Assembly: GCA_965237675.1 (NCBI GenBank)
Contig: OZ250150.1
Coordinates: 5,540,659-5,604,658, forward strand
Source of the DNA: Candidatus Latescibacterota bacterium
GTDB taxonomy: Bacteria; Latescibacterota; UBA2968; GCA-2709665
Length of the DNA: 64,000 bases
Reading direction: 5' to 3'
Shown here: piece after piece, positions 18,667-28,839 of the stretch
Position numbering within the stretch: position 1 is the stretch's first letter
How the letters are laid out: every line of letters starts with the position of its first letter
The notes under the pieces: model-generated
The model's database searches: none
Told to the model about the DNA's origin: nothing
Seen by the model: the letters and a program-made list of their open reading frames with translations, nothing else
Translations under genes and position numbers: made by a program

Positions 18667-20482
18667 GAGTCTACTCCGAAAAGTCATATTTACTTATCCG
18701 GGAAAAAGTACTAAATTCGAGGTGTGTACGAGTCACAATATTTCAGATAACGGGTCGGTAAAAAGAGCGAGGGACAGGACGGATGTTTAAAAGAAGCGGC
18801 ACATGCAGCCAACCGGATCTATTTTCCATCTTCGAGTCGCATTTCAAAGGCGCTAAACAGGACCGGTTGAATGAACCGACGGCCTGGCATAATCTGTTTT
18901 GCCAGCACATCACGTCAAAGATAGATGAGGATGTGTTTTCTGTGTTGTTTGATCCCAACATCGGCCGACCCAATGCCCCGATTCGTCACCTGGTGTCGAT
19001 GATGATCTTGAAGGAGGGCTTTGGGTGGAGCGATGCCCAACTTTTCGAGCATTGTCGGTTCAACATTCTGGTGATGCGGGCATTGGGGTTGATGAATCTG
19101 TCTGATGACGTGCCTGCGGAGTCCACGTATTATCTGTTCAAGCAGTCTTTGTATGCGGATCAACTGAAAAGGGGTCGAGATCTGATTGGAGAGACCTTTT
19201 TCAGCTTAACCAAGACGCAGGCCAAGGCCTTTGGTGTGTTGGGTCAGCAGATCCGAATGGACAGTAAGTTGATCGGCTCGAACATTGCCCTGTGTTGTCG
19301 GTTGCAGTTGGTGGTGAGTTGCTTACAAGCGTTCTGGGGATCGTTGGACAAGGACCAAAAGCGACGATTATCGGCAAGAAATCGGCAGGTTTTGGACGCA
19401 TTGCTCAAGGGGAAGCCCCATCAGGCTGTCTATGGTCTCACCAGCGGTGAAAAGGGCGAGAAGTTACAGGAATCAGGGCAGTTATTGAGCAGGCTTCAAG
19501 AGACCTATACCGACAAAGACAGCGATCAATATGGTCTGATCGTGCGTATTTTTGGGGACCAATATACCGTTTTATCGTCCTGTAAAAAGGTGCTTCCTAA
19601 GCCTCCTAAGGAGATCTGTTCCTCCTCCTTGCAGTCTGCCCATGATGAAGATGCGGCCTTTCGCAGGAAAGGCGAGGATAAGGTGAAAGGGTATAGTGTC
19701 AACCTCACCGAGACCTGCGGTGAGGATCATCTCAATTTGGTCACGGATGTTGACGTGAAACCGGCGACGACCCCCGACAACGCGTTTGTCCAACCTGCCA
19801 TCGAGCGGACACAACAGGTGGTGGGTGCGATTCGGGAGGTGTCGATGGATGGGGCCTATAATGATCAATCCAACGCTGAGTATGCAAACAAACAGGACAA
19901 GCAATTCTATTACAGTGGCCTGCAAGGAACGCCGGGGCGCTTCGTTTATGAACGGACAAAAGAAGGCGTCGACGTCATCGACTCACAAAGCGGAGAGGTT
20001 CAGCTTGCCCAAGAATACAAACCGGGAAAATACAAAATCATCATTGATGGCAAACCCCGATACTTTAAACCACAGCATATCGACAATTACCTCAAACGCA
20101 AACAGATTGAAGCCCTGCCTGCCCACATCAGAAACCGACGCAATAACGTCGAAGCCAGTATCTTCCAGTTGAGCTATTACACCAAAGATGGCAAGACGCG
20201 CTATCGCGGACTGATGCCACACCAATTGTGGGCCTGGTGTCGTGGCCTATGGATCAATCTGGTTCGGATCCAGAATGACCTCACACAACCCCCGATGCTT
20301 CCCGTATAAGGGGGGATTCTTATGCACAACCTTCCCCCAATACACGGCGAGCAACCTTGTAAACTGCCTCTGAGTTGATGTGCCGCCCGCAGATGCACAA
20401 TCCCCGCGCATCGCTACATCTCAATACACAACGCTGACACCTGACACGAAATCTTCCTGAACCCCCTTCTCGGAGTGGACTC
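18667..20482 (+). mobile_element. Insertion sequence, 1816 bp, IS1182/IS5-like
   Basis: Terminal IRs GAGTCTACTCCGAAAAG / GAGTCCACTCCGAGAAG (15/17 match); 6-bp target duplication AATCTT at 18661-18666 and 20483-20488; lower GC than flanks. Confidence 0.92.
18783..20309 (+). CDS. DDE transposase with DUF772-like N-terminus
   Basis: GRPNAP...MMILKEGFGWSD...F N-domain; RMDS, DGAY and RRNNVEASI as candidate D, D, E motifs; lies between the IRs. Confidence 0.9.
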   Translation: MFKRSGTCSQPDLFSIFESHFKGAKQDRLNEPTAWHNLFCQHITSKIDEDVFSVLFDPNIGRPNAPIRHLVSMMILKEGFGWSDAQLFEHCRFNILVMRALGLMNLSDDVPAESTYYLFKQSLYADQLKRGRDLIGETFFSLTKTQAKAFGVLGQQIRMDSKLIGSNIALCCRLQLVVSCLQAFWGSLDKDQKRRLSARNRQVLDALLKGKPHQAVYGLTSGEKGEKLQESGQLLSRLQETYTDKDSDQYGLIVRIFGDQYTVLSSCKKVLPKPPKEICSSSLQSAHDEDAAFRRKGEDKVKGYSVNLTETCGEDHLNLVTDVDVKPATTPDNAFVQPAIERTQQVVGAIREVSMDGAYNDQSNAEYANKQDKQFYYSGLQGTPGRFVYERTKEGVDVIDSQSGEVQLAQEYKPGKYKIIIDGKPRYFKPQHIDNYLKRKQIEALPAHIRNRRNNVEASIFQLSYYTKDGKTRYRGLMPHQLWAWCRGLWINLVRIQNDLTQPPMLPV

Positions 20483-21289
20483 AATCTTTGGAAGGGAAAT
20501 GCTCCCTGGACGTCATGTCATAGGCATACAGCTTCTCGTCAAAGTCGTCTGCTACCCACATCGTCGCACCGTCCGACCAGATGCCCGTCGGGCTGTCGTT
20601 TCCGGCGGCGTCCAGAGTATTGAAGTCTTTGGAAGGAACACGCTCCCTGGACGTCATGTCGTAGGCATACAGCTTTTCGTCGTCGAATTCGTCCGCTACC
20701 CACATGGTCGTCCCGTCCGACCAGATGCCGTCGACGGTTCGATTCCCAGCAGCAGCACGCAGCGTGTTGAAGTCCTTGACCGCGTTCCACCCGTATGCGG
20801 TGGTGACGCTACGGCCAACGGTGACTACGTATTTTCTTGTCGTCCGACCATCATTTGCCGTCACAGTTATGGCGACGTCATTTCTACCCTCCGACAAGGC
20901 GACCGAATGCGCGGCGCCGCTTGTGACCTGGCTTCCGTTGACGTCGATTGCAGCGCCTGAATTGTTGGCCGTGGGCGTTACCGTAACCTGAGTCACATCG
21001 TTGGCGACCCCCACGTGGTAGGATGTCACTTCGCCGTCAAAACCGGTGATGGGTACCGGGCTGACGGTGAGTCCGCTCAGTGTGGCATCCGAGGATGCCT
21101 GCCCGTAACCGGTACCGGGCAAGGCGAGGTATAGCAAAATCAGGACGCAAAATTCGTGATTGGCACCTGACAACTTCATAAGGCTGCTCCCCCCTCCGGC
21201 AAACCGCCGGAATCCGAGCGCGGCCTCCTGCATTCGGAGTGCCGCAGACCGAGCATCTCCTGGACCATCGCGACTACCCTAACCCACAT

Positions 21290-24200
21290 TTACGTTCCGA
21301 ACGCGTCGACAAATTTGAAAAAGTCGGCGAAATCCACGGTGCCGTTGCCGTCCAGGTCAAAGCGCGCGTCCGTGCCGCCGTACGCATCGGCAAAAAGGAA
21401 GAAATCCACGAAATCGGTCCGGCCGTCGCCGTTGAAGTCCGTTGCTGCACCTGTCGTACCGCCACTAGACGGCATATTGTAGGCATATATCTTCGAACTG
21501 TAATGCCTGATACGGTCCCCTGCATTATTGGAAGTTCGACGTTCGTAGTTTGCCACCCACATTGTCGTTCCATCGGACCAGACACCGCTGGGTTCTTCGT
21601 TTCCGGCAGCAGTCAGCCCGTCGAAGTCCTTGGTTTCGTCACGGGCCTTGGTCGCCATGTCGTAGGCGTAGACTTTGTCGTCTCCTACCTGATTCACTCC
21701 CCGATCTTCCACCACCCACATCGTCGTACCGTCCGACCAGATGCCGGCTAATTGGCCGATGACGCCGCTTAAGTTGTTGAAGTCCTTTGCTGCGTCACGG
21801 ACTTTCGTTGCCAGGTTGTAGGCGTAAATCTTGTCGTCCTGCGAATCCACCACCCATAAGGTCGCGCCGTCCGACCAGAGGCCGGTCGGATATTGGTTCC
21901 CGGCTGCGCCTAGCGTGTTGAAGTCCTTGCTCCGGTCATGAGATTTGGTGGCGATGTTGTAGGCGTAGATCCTTTCGTCACCCGGGTCAGCTATCCACAT
22001 CGTCTTCCCGTCGGACCACATTCCCCGGGGGCTCGTGTTTCCAACGGGTCCCAGCGTATCGAAGTCCTTTCCGGGATCCCTAACCCTGGTGGACCTGTTG
22101 TAGGCGTAGAGTTTCTCATCCGCCAGGTCGGAAACCCAAATTGTGGTACCGTCCGACCAGAGGCTGGTGGGGTAGTCGTTTTCCGCGGCGTTCAGGGTGT
22201 TGAAGTCTTCAACGGCGTTCCACCCATACTCGGTGCTGACGCTCCGTCCTACGGTTACGGTATATACCCTGGTAGTCCGACCATCATCGGCCGTCACAGT
22301 TAAGGTGACATCATTTCGCCCCTCTGACAGCGAGATGGAATGCGCGGCGCCGCTGGCGATGCTGCTCCCATCGAGGTCAATAATGGCACCTGGCTGGTTA
22401 ACGGTAGGCATGACCCAGACCTGCGTGACGTCGTTGGTCACACCCAGATGATAGGCCGTCACGTCACGCGAGAAGCTCATGATGTGATCTGGAATGACCG
22501 TCAGCCCACTCAGCGTGGCATCTGCACGGCTGGGCATGTTGTAGGAGAATATTCTATTCTTCCCTGAATCCGCCACCCACATGGTCTCGCCGTCGGACCA
22601 GATGCCCCTAGGACTCGTATTGCCGGCAGCCTTCAGGGTATTGAAGTCCTTTGAGGCGTTGCGGGACCACCCGGTGTACGCGTATAGCTTAGGCGGGTCT
22701 CCCAGATCCGCCACCCACATCGTGTTGCCGTCGGTCCAGATGCCCGCCGGAAAGTTGTTTCCCGCAACCACCAAAGTGTTGTAGTCGAAGTGAGTGAGTC
22801 GCTGTTTTGTATGCCGTTGGTATGCGTATATTTTGTCATCTGAGCTGTCTGCGACATAAATTCCACCAATGTAGATCGTGATGCCCGTCGGAACGGTATT
22901 TCCGGCAGCGGTCAAAAGGTCTATTTCCTTACTCGAATCCCGCGCGTAACTGGACATCTTGTAGGCATATATCTTGGCATCACGAACGTCCGCGACATAC
23001 ATCGTCGTGCCGTCCGACACAATACCCCTGGGAGAGTTGTTTCCCCAGGTTCCAAGTGTATGGAATCCATCAATACCCCGCATCTTCGTGGACATGCTGT
23101 AACTACACAGGTTCGCTCCTATGTTGTCGTTGCCAGTCGCGCAGGCAACCCACATCGTGGTGCCGCTCGACCAGATGCCGCGAGGAGTGACACCGCTATC
23201 GAGCCCAAGGTCGTTGAAGTCATCAGTAACCTTCCAGCCGAAGGGGGCGTTGGAGCCCCTGTCGGCGGTGACGGTGTACTCCCTTGTCGTCGTGCCGTCC
23301 TGTGCGGTCACCGTGATGGTAATCACGTTCCGCCCTTCCGCGAGCGAGACGGCGTGACCCGATCCGCTGGAGACCGAGCTTCCATTAATGTCAATGGTTG
23401 CCGTATTGACTCTAGGGTAGGATGCAACGGTAACCTGGGTGACTTCGTTAGCCACGCCAATGTGATAGGACAGCACATACGGGCGGAATACGATAGGCGC
23501 CGGGCCGATGGCAAGTTGGCTGAGGGCAACATCCGGAAAGGGCATCTGGTAGACGTATACCTTCTCCGTGTCTTCGTCCGCCACCCAAATGGTCTCACCG
23601 TCCGACCAAATGCCTCGCTGTCTGGTGTTCGTCCCGCCAGCCACGATATCGATGTCCCTGGAACTGTCGCGGGACCGGTCGGACATCCTGTAGGCGTATA
23701 TCTTGTCGTCATTCCCATCGACCACCCACATCGTCTCCCCGTCCGACCAGATGCCGGCCTCGGGCCAGTCGTTTCCAGCTGCCTGTAAGGAATTGAAGTC
23801 TCTTCCGCTGAGATAATAGCTCCCGTCCGACAGCCTGTACGCGTACAGTTTGGCGCTGATATCGGTGACCCACATCGTCTCTCCGTCCGACCAGATACCG
23901 AATGGCCGATCATTGGCCGATGCCAGGCTGAAGTCCCGGGCACTGTCGCGGGACCGGTCGGACATCCTGTAGGCGTATATCTTGTCGTCATCCCCATCGA
24001 CCACCCACATCGTCTCTCCGTCCGACCAGATACCGAATGGCCGATCATTGGCCGATGCCAGACTGAAGTCCCGGGGGTTATCTCGGCTTCCATCCGACAG
24101 GCGATACGCGTACAGCCGGGCGTCAAAGTAGTCAGCGACCCACATCGTCTCGCCGTTGGACCAGATTCCTGCCGCCTGGGTATTGCCGCCGTCAAGCGTG

Positions 24201-25684
24201 AAGCTGGAATGAGTCACGACCGGCGGCGTGGTGGCGACAGCCCGCTGCTCACCGAATTCACGCCAGGTGGCAGTGCCGTCGCCGTCGAAGTCCGCCCGCA
24301 GCGCCGGGTAATCCGACGCAGTCTCGAAGTCCCAGGGATCGTCCCCGCCGGTGGTCGCGTCGCGGTCGCCGTCCGCGTTGTCCAGGTCCAGGTTCCAGCT
24401 GGCATAGATGCCCGTGTAGCCGGTCGGCGTCTGTAACTCCAGGGTCGTCTTGCCCTCTCCGCCGGCGCTCGACACCTTTCCGGAGGTCGTGGTATTCCAA
24501 TAGCTGTTGCTGATGCCGCCGTCCCTGTCCCCCCCTACCAGCCCGCCGACATCGCTTCCTGTACTCGTCACCCAACCCGTCGCATAGCTGGCCCGGATAT
24601 AACCGGATTGGTTATACCCCACCAGCCCGCCGACAAAGTCGTCGCCGGTCACGGCACCCGTGGCGTAACTCGCCCAGATGCTGGTGTCATTCTGCCCCGC
24701 AAGTCCGCCGACATTGGTTTTGCCGGTCACCGACCCGGTCGCATAGCAGACCGCGATGCTGCCGCCGTTGTGAAGCCCCACCAGCCCGCCGACATACGAC
24801 TGATTGCCCAAACCTTTCACCGACCCCGTCGCGTAGCTTGCCTGGATGCTGCCGTAGTTATACCCCGCCAGCCCACCGACCCGTCCATGGCTGGCCGAGC
24901 CGGTCACCGACGCCGTCGCATAACTGGCGACGATGCTGCTGCCGCTGTCGCTGGGGCCGCCGTTCCTCCCGACCAGCCCCCCGACTTCACTGCTTCCCGT
25001 TCCCGTACTTGTCACCGACCCCGTCACGTAGCTCCCGGTGATGATGCCGGCGTTCTTCCCCGCCAGCCCACCGACAATGATACCCCGTCCCGAGCCTGTC
25101 ACCGCGACCTCTCGAACCCCCACGTTTCGCACCCGCCCGCCGTTGCCGACGACCCCGAACAGTCCGATCCGACTGGAGGAACGAATGATGTACAAATGGG
25201 AGATGGTGTGACCATTGCCGTCGAACGTGGCGACGAATTCGTTGCCGGTACCGGCGCTCCCGATAGGCTCCCAGCCCCGGCCACGGTTCCAGTATTCGTC
25301 GGCCGCATCCACATCGCCATCGCCGTCGGTGTCGAAGTCCAGGTCGCCATTCAGTTCGTACCCCGTACAGACGGGGACGTCCGGAGTGGCGGAATGCCCG
25401 TCGTGGTCTGCGAGGGCGCAACCCATGCTCGCCGCGGCGTCGGGGAACGCCGTGGTATAGGCGACTGCGTTCGTGCCGTTGTCCACCGTACCGTCGCCGT
25501 TCAGGTCCCATCGGATGGTGTTCAACTGAGCCAGATTGTCGATCTCGATCAGGCCGTCGCCGTCGCTGTCGTAGGAAACTGCGGCCTCTACGGCCGGTGG
25601 CGACGCGAGCAGAAGAGCGGTGCACAAGGCCGGCAACCCTGGTACCAGGAGGGAGAATCCGTGATTCACATCTGAGGTCTTCAT
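21290..25684 (-). CDS. Secreted GLUG-domain protein + 3 blocks of five GIWSDG repeats + 2 cadherin-like sandwiches + class A dockerin-like
   Basis: Probable ATG at 25684 after AAGGA (ORF track 25708); YDSDGDGLIEI...VGGLVG.N...SYATG GLUG repeats; DATLSGLTV...GRNDVTLTVTA sandwiches; dockerin tag. Confidence 0.88.
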   Translation of the reverse strand: MKTSDVNHGFSLLVPGLPALCTALLLASPPAVEAAVSYDSDGDGLIEIDNLAQLNTIRWDLNGDGTVDNGTNAVAYTTAFPDAAASMGCALADHDGHSATPDVPVCTGYELNGDLDFDTDGDGDVDAADEYWNRGRGWEPIGSAGTGNEFVATFDGNGHTISHLYIIRSSSRIGLFGVVGNGGRVRNVGVREVAVTGSGRGIIVGGLAGKNAGIITGSYVTGSVTSTGTGSSEVGGLVGRNGGPSDSGSSIVASYATASVTGSASHGRVGGLAGYNYGSIQASYATGSVKGLGNQSYVGGLVGLHNGGSIAVCYATGSVTGKTNVGGLAGQNDTSIWASYATGAVTGDDFVGGLVGYNQSGYIRASYATGWVTSTGSDVGGLVGGDRDGGISNSYWNTTTSGKVSSAGGEGKTTLELQTPTGYTGIYASWNLDLDNADGDRDATTGGDDPWDFETASDYPALRADFDGDGTATWREFGEQRAVATTPPVVTHSSFTLDGGNTQAAGIWSNGETMWVADYFDARLYAYRLSDGSRDNPRDFSLASANDRPFGIWSDGETMWVVDGDDDKIYAYRMSDRSRDSARDFSLASANDRPFGIWSDGETMWVTDISAKLYAYRLSDGSYYLSGRDFNSLQAAGNDWPEAGIWSDGETMWVVDGNDDKIYAYRMSDRSRDSSRDIDIVAGGTNTRQRGIWSDGETIWVADEDTEKVYVYQMPFPDVALSQLAIGPAPIVFRPYVLSYHIGVANEVTQVTVASYPRVNTATIDINGSSVSSGSGHAVSLAEGRNVITITVTAQDGTTTREYTVTADRGSNAPFGWKVTDDFNDLGLDSGVTPRGIWSSGTTMWVACATGNDNIGANLCSYSMSTKMRGIDGFHTLGTWGNNSPRGIVSDGTTMYVADVRDAKIYAYKMSSYARDSSKEIDLLTAAGNTVPTGITIYIGGIYVADSSDDKIYAYQRHTKQRLTHFDYNTLVVAGNNFPAGIWTDGNTMWVADLGDPPKLYAYTGWSRNASKDFNTLKAAGNTSPRGIWSDGETMWVADSGKNRIFSYNMPSRADATLSGLTVIPDHIMSFSRDVTAYHLGVTNDVTQVWVMPTVNQPGAIIDLDGSSIASGAAHSISLSEGRNDVTLTVTADDGRTTRVYTVTVGRSVSTEYGWNAVEDFNTLNAAENDYPTSLWSDGTTIWVSDLADEKLYAYNRSTRVRDPGKDFDTLGPVGNTSPRGMWSDGKTMWIADPGDERIYAYNIATKSHDRSKDFNTLGAAGNQYPTGLWSDGATLWVVDSQDDKIYAYNLATKVRDAAKDFNNLSGVIGQLAGIWSDGTTMWVVEDRGVNQVGDDKVYAYDMATKARDETKDFDGLTAAGNEEPSGVWSDGTTMWVANYERRTSNNAGDRIRHYSSKIYAYNMPSSGGTTGAATDFNGDGRTDFVDFFLFADAYGGTDARFDLDGNGTVDFADFFKFVDAFGT

Positions 25685-25775
25685 GAGTCTATTCCTTATC
25701 CTTGGCACGATGCGGTGGATAGTGCGCCTCTCGCTGCAAACGCGGTCCGATGGAATCCGCGCTCAACGCTTGAAT

Positions 25776-28031
25776 CTAAGACCCGAACGCATCCACAAAC
25801 CTGAAAAAGTCTGCGAAATCCACGGTACCGCTGCCATCGAGGTCAAACTTTGCATCGGTCCCGCCGTATGCATCTGCAAAGAGGAAGAAGTCCACGAAAT
25901 CGGTCTTGCCGTCGCCGTTGAAATCGGTCGAAGCGGAGGTTACCGGCGTCGTCCCCGTCCACTGCGACGCGTTCCACAGTTCGATCCCGTTCAGACTTAC
26001 CGTGGCGAGCAGGGATCCGTTGGGAGAGAACAACCCGTTTACGCCGAAACCCCAGCTGTCCTCGAGCCGGTCGGGATGTCCGAGCCTGGCGATATTTTCC
26101 TTTGTCGCCACGTTCCACAGAAGCACCTCGCCCAACCCCGCGCCGGTGGCGAGGACCGTCCCGTCGGAGGAAAACGACGCCTCTCCGTGCCCCTGGAAGG
26201 TTGCGATCGTATCTCGTGTCGCCACGTCCCACAGCAGCATGGGTCCGTCAGTGCTCGACGCGAGAATGCTCCCATCGGGAGAAAACGCAACGTCGAGAAC
26301 CCGGCCGGTATTTCCCCCCAGTGTGGCGGTATTGGTGCGCGTCGCCACGTCCCACAGCTTGACCGTTCCGTCGCGCGAGCCGGACGCGAGCGTACCATCG
26401 GATGAGAATGCAACGGAAAAGACATGGCTCGTGTGCCCGGTGAGGGTTGTGATGAGGGTTTGGTTGGTAACATCCCACAGCTTGATCGTCTTATCCCCCG
26501 AGCCCGAAGCGAGAGTGTCCCCGCTGGGCGAAAACGCCACCGAATGGACCCCCGTGGGGCCCCCCTGATGTCCCGGCAGAGTGGCGATAAGCGACTGGTT
26601 CGCCACGTTCCACAACTTGATATTGGCCTCGTTGGTTCTGGTCGATCCGGAAGCGAGGGTGGTCCCGTCTGGAGAGATTGCCACCGCAGAGCTACCCCCC
26701 CTCAAACTAGCGGTATGCGTTCGCGTCGCCATGTCCCATATCTGGATCCCCGCGGACGAATTTACAGCGAGGATCGTCCCGTCCGGCGAAAACTTCGCGC
26801 CATAGATCTCCGGCGACGTATCTCTCGTATATCTGAAAAGCGTGGCGAGGTGGTGTTCCGACGCTTCCGAAAATACAAAGTGAGTATCGCGAAGCGGTCC
26901 GGTATTCGCATTCCCCTCGGTGTCGACCGCGAGGACCGCCACGTACTGTGCGACGGAGGCGGAGAGACTCGAAACGCCTTCCGAGGGAATGATGCCGTCG
27001 TAGTTGAATGTAGCAACAGCCTGGTTTTGACCGGAGAATACCTGGCACGATTTCACTTCTTGCGATCCCGCAGCCGGATGGGGCGATTTCGTTTTAAGGA
27101 AGAATAACACCTGGTGAAGGCCCCTGCTGCCGGAAGCTGTAACCCTGAACTGGACGGACAAGCTCGTTGCGCCGGCTGGATATCTCAGGGAAGAGATAAG
27201 CTCGACGCTCGGCGAATTAAATTCCCCCAGGTCGTATCCATACTGAAATCCGTGGATCGGGATTGCAGGATTGAAATAGGGATGTACCGACAGTAAGCCG
27301 GCGCTGCACGCCGATAGCCGGTTCCATCCCGGGCCATAGGACATAATGTTCGCGCCGTCGTTGAAATCGTGCTGCAAGCCGAAAGCATGGCCCAGTTCAT
27401 GCGCCGCCGTCTCGACGCTAAAACTGGCGGGAAGCAGCGCATAGCCGCTGTTATTCGCCCACCGGCCGCCAAAACCCGCTACGTTGCCCCAACCGAGGTT
27501 ATCGTAGGTGCTGTGGTCGACTACGATGAAGAGGATGTTATTACCGGTATCAAACGTCGGTCTCAGATCCCTGAACACGTTTCCGACGCCGACCATCCGA
27601 TACGAGCGGAGATAGCTGGCATCGGAGTTCGGCGCGTCCACACGGTGCACCACCGGATCGCCCTGGTCGTCGGTTTCATACTGCAAGGTCTTGTTGCCGT
27701 TGCGGTGCGACTGCATCTGGTCGCGGAAGAAGGTCTGGATCCGGGGAATCCTGGCTTTAATCGTGTCAACCACGTCCGGGTTGAACGTGCGGTCGTTGGG
27801 CAGGAAGTAGATCAGGCGCAACGTGCGAGACTGGCCGGAGTCCGACACCGCCGGCAGCTTGGCGGCTGGACCGACGGTGAAATCGTGCTCTAACTGCTCA
27901 TGATCGAGCGGTTGGCAGGACTGCGCCCAATCGAATTCAGAGGAAGACGCAAAGCCCGCAGTCGGAAGCGAGAGCAAAACTGCAAGCAATGCCAATTGGG
28001 CGAATTGAAGAATGGAGAATTTGCGGGGCAT
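25776..28031 (-). CDS. Secreted metzincin + WD40 + class A dockerin-like protein
   Basis: GGAGG RBS; signal peptide; AAHELGHAFGLQHDFNDGANIMSYG; WD40s; STDFNGDGKTDFVDFF tag. Confidence 0.9.
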   Translation of the reverse strand: MPRKFSILQFAQLALLAVLLSLPTAGFASSSEFDWAQSCQPLDHEQLEHDFTVGPAAKLPAVSDSGQSRTLRLIYFLPNDRTFNPDVVDTIKARIPRIQTFFRDQMQSHRNGNKTLQYETDDQGDPVVHRVDAPNSDASYLRSYRMVGVGNVFRDLRPTFDTGNNILFIVVDHSTYDNLGWGNVAGFGGRWANNSGYALLPASFSVETAAHELGHAFGLQHDFNDGANIMSYGPGWNRLSACSAGLLSVHPYFNPAIPIHGFQYGYDLGEFNSPSVELISSLRYPAGATSLSVQFRVTASGSRGLHQVLFFLKTKSPHPAAGSQEVKSCQVFSGQNQAVATFNYDGIIPSEGVSSLSASVAQYVAVLAVDTEGNANTGPLRDTHFVFSEASEHHLATLFRYTRDTSPEIYGAKFSPDGTILAVNSSAGIQIWDMATRTHTASLRGGSSAVAISPDGTTLASGSTRTNEANIKLWNVANQSLIATLPGHQGGPTGVHSVAFSPSGDTLASGSGDKTIKLWDVTNQTLITTLTGHTSHVFSVAFSSDGTLASGSRDGTVKLWDVATRTNTATLGGNTGRVLDVAFSPDGSILASSTDGPMLLWDVATRDTIATFQGHGEASFSSDGTVLATGAGLGEVLLWNVATKENIARLGHPDRLEDSWGFGVNGLFSPNGSLLATVSLNGIELWNASQWTGTTPVTSASTDFNGDGKTDFVDFFLFADAYGGTDAKFDLDGSGTVDFADFFRFVDAFGS

Positions 28032-28228
28032 ACGTACCTCCAGATTAGCTCAAGTTCCAGCCATGTGATCTTGTGCCAGTGCAAGTCCAGTTGTACTCGA
28101 CCCTGGAAAATGACAAGGAACCCGTCGGCTATACCCTGTCGCGACATCCGCTGGTACTGTCGCAAAATGCGACAGTTTCGGCAGGATGAACCGCATCCGC
28201 CGCAACTTTCGAGGGCGGATGACACTGT

Positions 28229-28801
28229 CTAGCTTCCGCCAACGCTCGCGCCCAATCCTAGAAGGAGTGAGAAGTCGTTGGTCCCGGCATCATCAAACCA
28301 TCGCCGATACCCGCCTTCGGCCCGCACTACAAGACCACTTCCCACGCGCCAGCGATAGCCCAGCCCGGCCCCCAGGCTGACATCAGTCTCGGATTCGGAT
28401 TCGCCGGATGCCTCAGCGCTAACGACCCGTATAGCACCACGCCCAAATACGTAGGCGCCCGACGTCGCGTTGCCGCCTGAATGGAATGCGCCTCGACCTG
28501 CAAGATAGAGAGATGTGAAGGCAGCTCCCTCTCCTGAAGTCCGCCCCAAACTGAACTCGGGACCAATTGAAAATCGCTCATCCAGAAACCAGGAAACGTA
28601 AATCGAAGGATTTCCAGCGATACTCGATCCGAGGGCAGACGGCACGCCGATCAAGGTGGCGCCAACGCCATCGGTATTAAAATGGGAAACCCCGAAAAGT
28701 GTGCCAATCTCAGCGCCGGAAGCCGATTCCATCTGCTGTGCGGCGACCGTAGAGGTCGCCAAACAAACCAACAGACAAACAACCGGGATGCAACGCCACA
28801 T
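28229..28801 (-). CDS. Small outer-membrane beta-barrel protein
   Basis: AAGGAGG RBS and ATG at 28801 (MWRCIPVVCLLVCLATSTVAAQQ signal); alternating beta strands ending SLGAGLGYRW...VRAEGGYRRWF...FSLLLGLG. The ORF-track extension to 29170 overlaps another ORF and is unlikely. Confidence 0.75.
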   Translation of the reverse strand: MWRCIPVVCLLVCLATSTVAAQQMESASGAEIGTLFGVSHFNTDGVGATLIGVPSALGSSIAGNPSIYVSWFLDERFSIGPEFSLGRTSGEGAAFTSLYLAGRGAFHSGGNATSGAYVFGRGAIRVVSAEASGESESETDVSLGAGLGYRWRVGSGLVVRAEGGYRRWFDDAGTNDFSLLLGLGASVGGS

Positions 28802-28839
28802 AACTTCCTCCTTTACATCGAATGGGGTAACGTAGACGC

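Larger units (their letters stand above)
18053..21179 (-). pseudogene. IS-interrupted gene: cadherin-like beta-sandwich + 3 GIWSDG repeats + FN3 + class A dockerin-like
   Basis: Excising 18667-20488 restores HFPSKD|FNSLGAAGND in frame (435 codons from ATG 21179). The halves appear as ORFs 20481-21233 and 18053-18598. Confidence 0.9.
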
